DNA of 64,000 nucleotides from Pocillopora damicornis (Eukaryota): NCBI RefSeq assembly GCF_003704095.1, contig NW_020845097.1, positions 186,001 to 250,000 of the forward strand, read 5' to 3'. Shown piece by piece: positions 63,269 to 64,000 of this stretch (position 1 is its first letter; each line of letters starts with the position of its first letter). The notes under the pieces were generated by a model. It saw only the letters and a program-made list of their open reading frames with translations, ran no database searches and was not told where the DNA came from. The position numbers and the translations under genes were made by a program.

Positions 63269-63763
63269 GAATAATGAATGGGCATTTTGTCCGACAGGAT
63301 ACTTCTTGCAGGGATTATACCGCACTAGTAACCACAACATTCACAACATTGAGGAAGGTCGTTGCTGTAAACCCAATAACCTGCCAAACAGCTATCTCCA
63401 CTGTTACACTCACGACGTCAGCAAATCATTCGACAACAAAGGCTGGAGTAAATGCGACAGCCAATACTACTTGAGGGGCTTTTACAGGGGAGGTTGCGAT
63501 AAGTTGCACTGCATAGACCAATTCCAGTGTTGCATGATGTATGATGGCTGCAAATTTGCGAATTGGTGGCAAAGTTTTGATAGAAAAGGCTGGGCCCAGT
63601 GCGACTCTAAGCAATATATCACTGGACTTTGGAGAAATGTTAACTTGGGCTCAAGAGATCAAATCTACTTATTGGAGGAAGCTAAGTGTTGTTCAGCTCC
63701 TGCTCCATTCCAGAACGTCCAATCGACATGTAGAGAAGCCAATTGGTGGAGTGTTCTTGACAA
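63269..63763 (+). CDS. Secreted Cys/Trp-rich protein, exon 2 (gene continues beyond window)
   Basis: tttttcag|G AAT AAT...GAC AA|GTAAG, a 495-nt phase 2-2 exon. Reads WAFCPTGYFLQGLYR...CCKP...SFDNKGWSKC..YYLRGFYR...CC, then a second module begins (CKFANWWQSFDRKGWAQC). Confidence 0.85.
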
Positions 63764-64000
63764 GTAAGCGTACCATAATTTTAAAGTTTATCAAAGATTA
63801 ATACTAGCAGGAATCGCGTGGTCTGTTACGAAGACCAGCGTACGCCTCGAGGTTACGATAAAAAAATGATACACTTGGAAAAAAACTGAAATTTAGCTAA
63901 TTTGTACAATTTCGGATGCTCGTTTTTGCCGATTTGAAAACCCGCAGTGATTCAATCGTTTAGTTTCATTTTTTATTTTGAAAGAGCCTCTCCAACAATA

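Noticed and set aside
1-64000. CRISPR arrays, operons or prokaryotic defence systems
   Set aside because: The sequence is spliceosomal-intron-containing eukaryotic DNA, and no regularly spaced repeat-spacer array was seen.

Overview
AT-rich, intron-containing eukaryotic DNA, most likely from a cnidarian such as a scleractinian coral (inferred from gene content and repeat families, not verified). It has three N-gaps: 753-852, 2836-2935 and 15748-15953. Five protein-coding genes are supported. (1) A TRIM2/TRIM3-like RING-Bbox-coiled coil-filamin-NHL gene, whose two coding exons lie on opposite strands across a gap, most likely because a contig is mis-oriented. (2) A multi-exon HMG20A/B-like gene on the minus strand carrying an unexpected matrin/U1-type zinc finger. 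(3) An intronless 568-aa gene with a low-complexity N-terminus fused to a Crypton-type (DUF3504) tyrosine-recombinase domain that stops before the catalytic C-terminal motifs, probably a domesticated transposase. (4) An intronless class A peptide-receptor-like GPCR. (5) The first two exons of a secreted Cys/Trp-rich protein built of tandem biomphalysin-N-terminal-like modules, running off the right edge. The rest is intronic or intergenic. It holds MITEs (piggyBac-like TTAA/CCCT type and an 8-bp-TSD type), tRNA-derived SINE-like repeats, a decayed hammerhead/Penelope-like repeat with a nested insertion, a decayed Crypton-like relic and a ~359-bp tandem duplication. All family assignments come from motif recognition without database searches.
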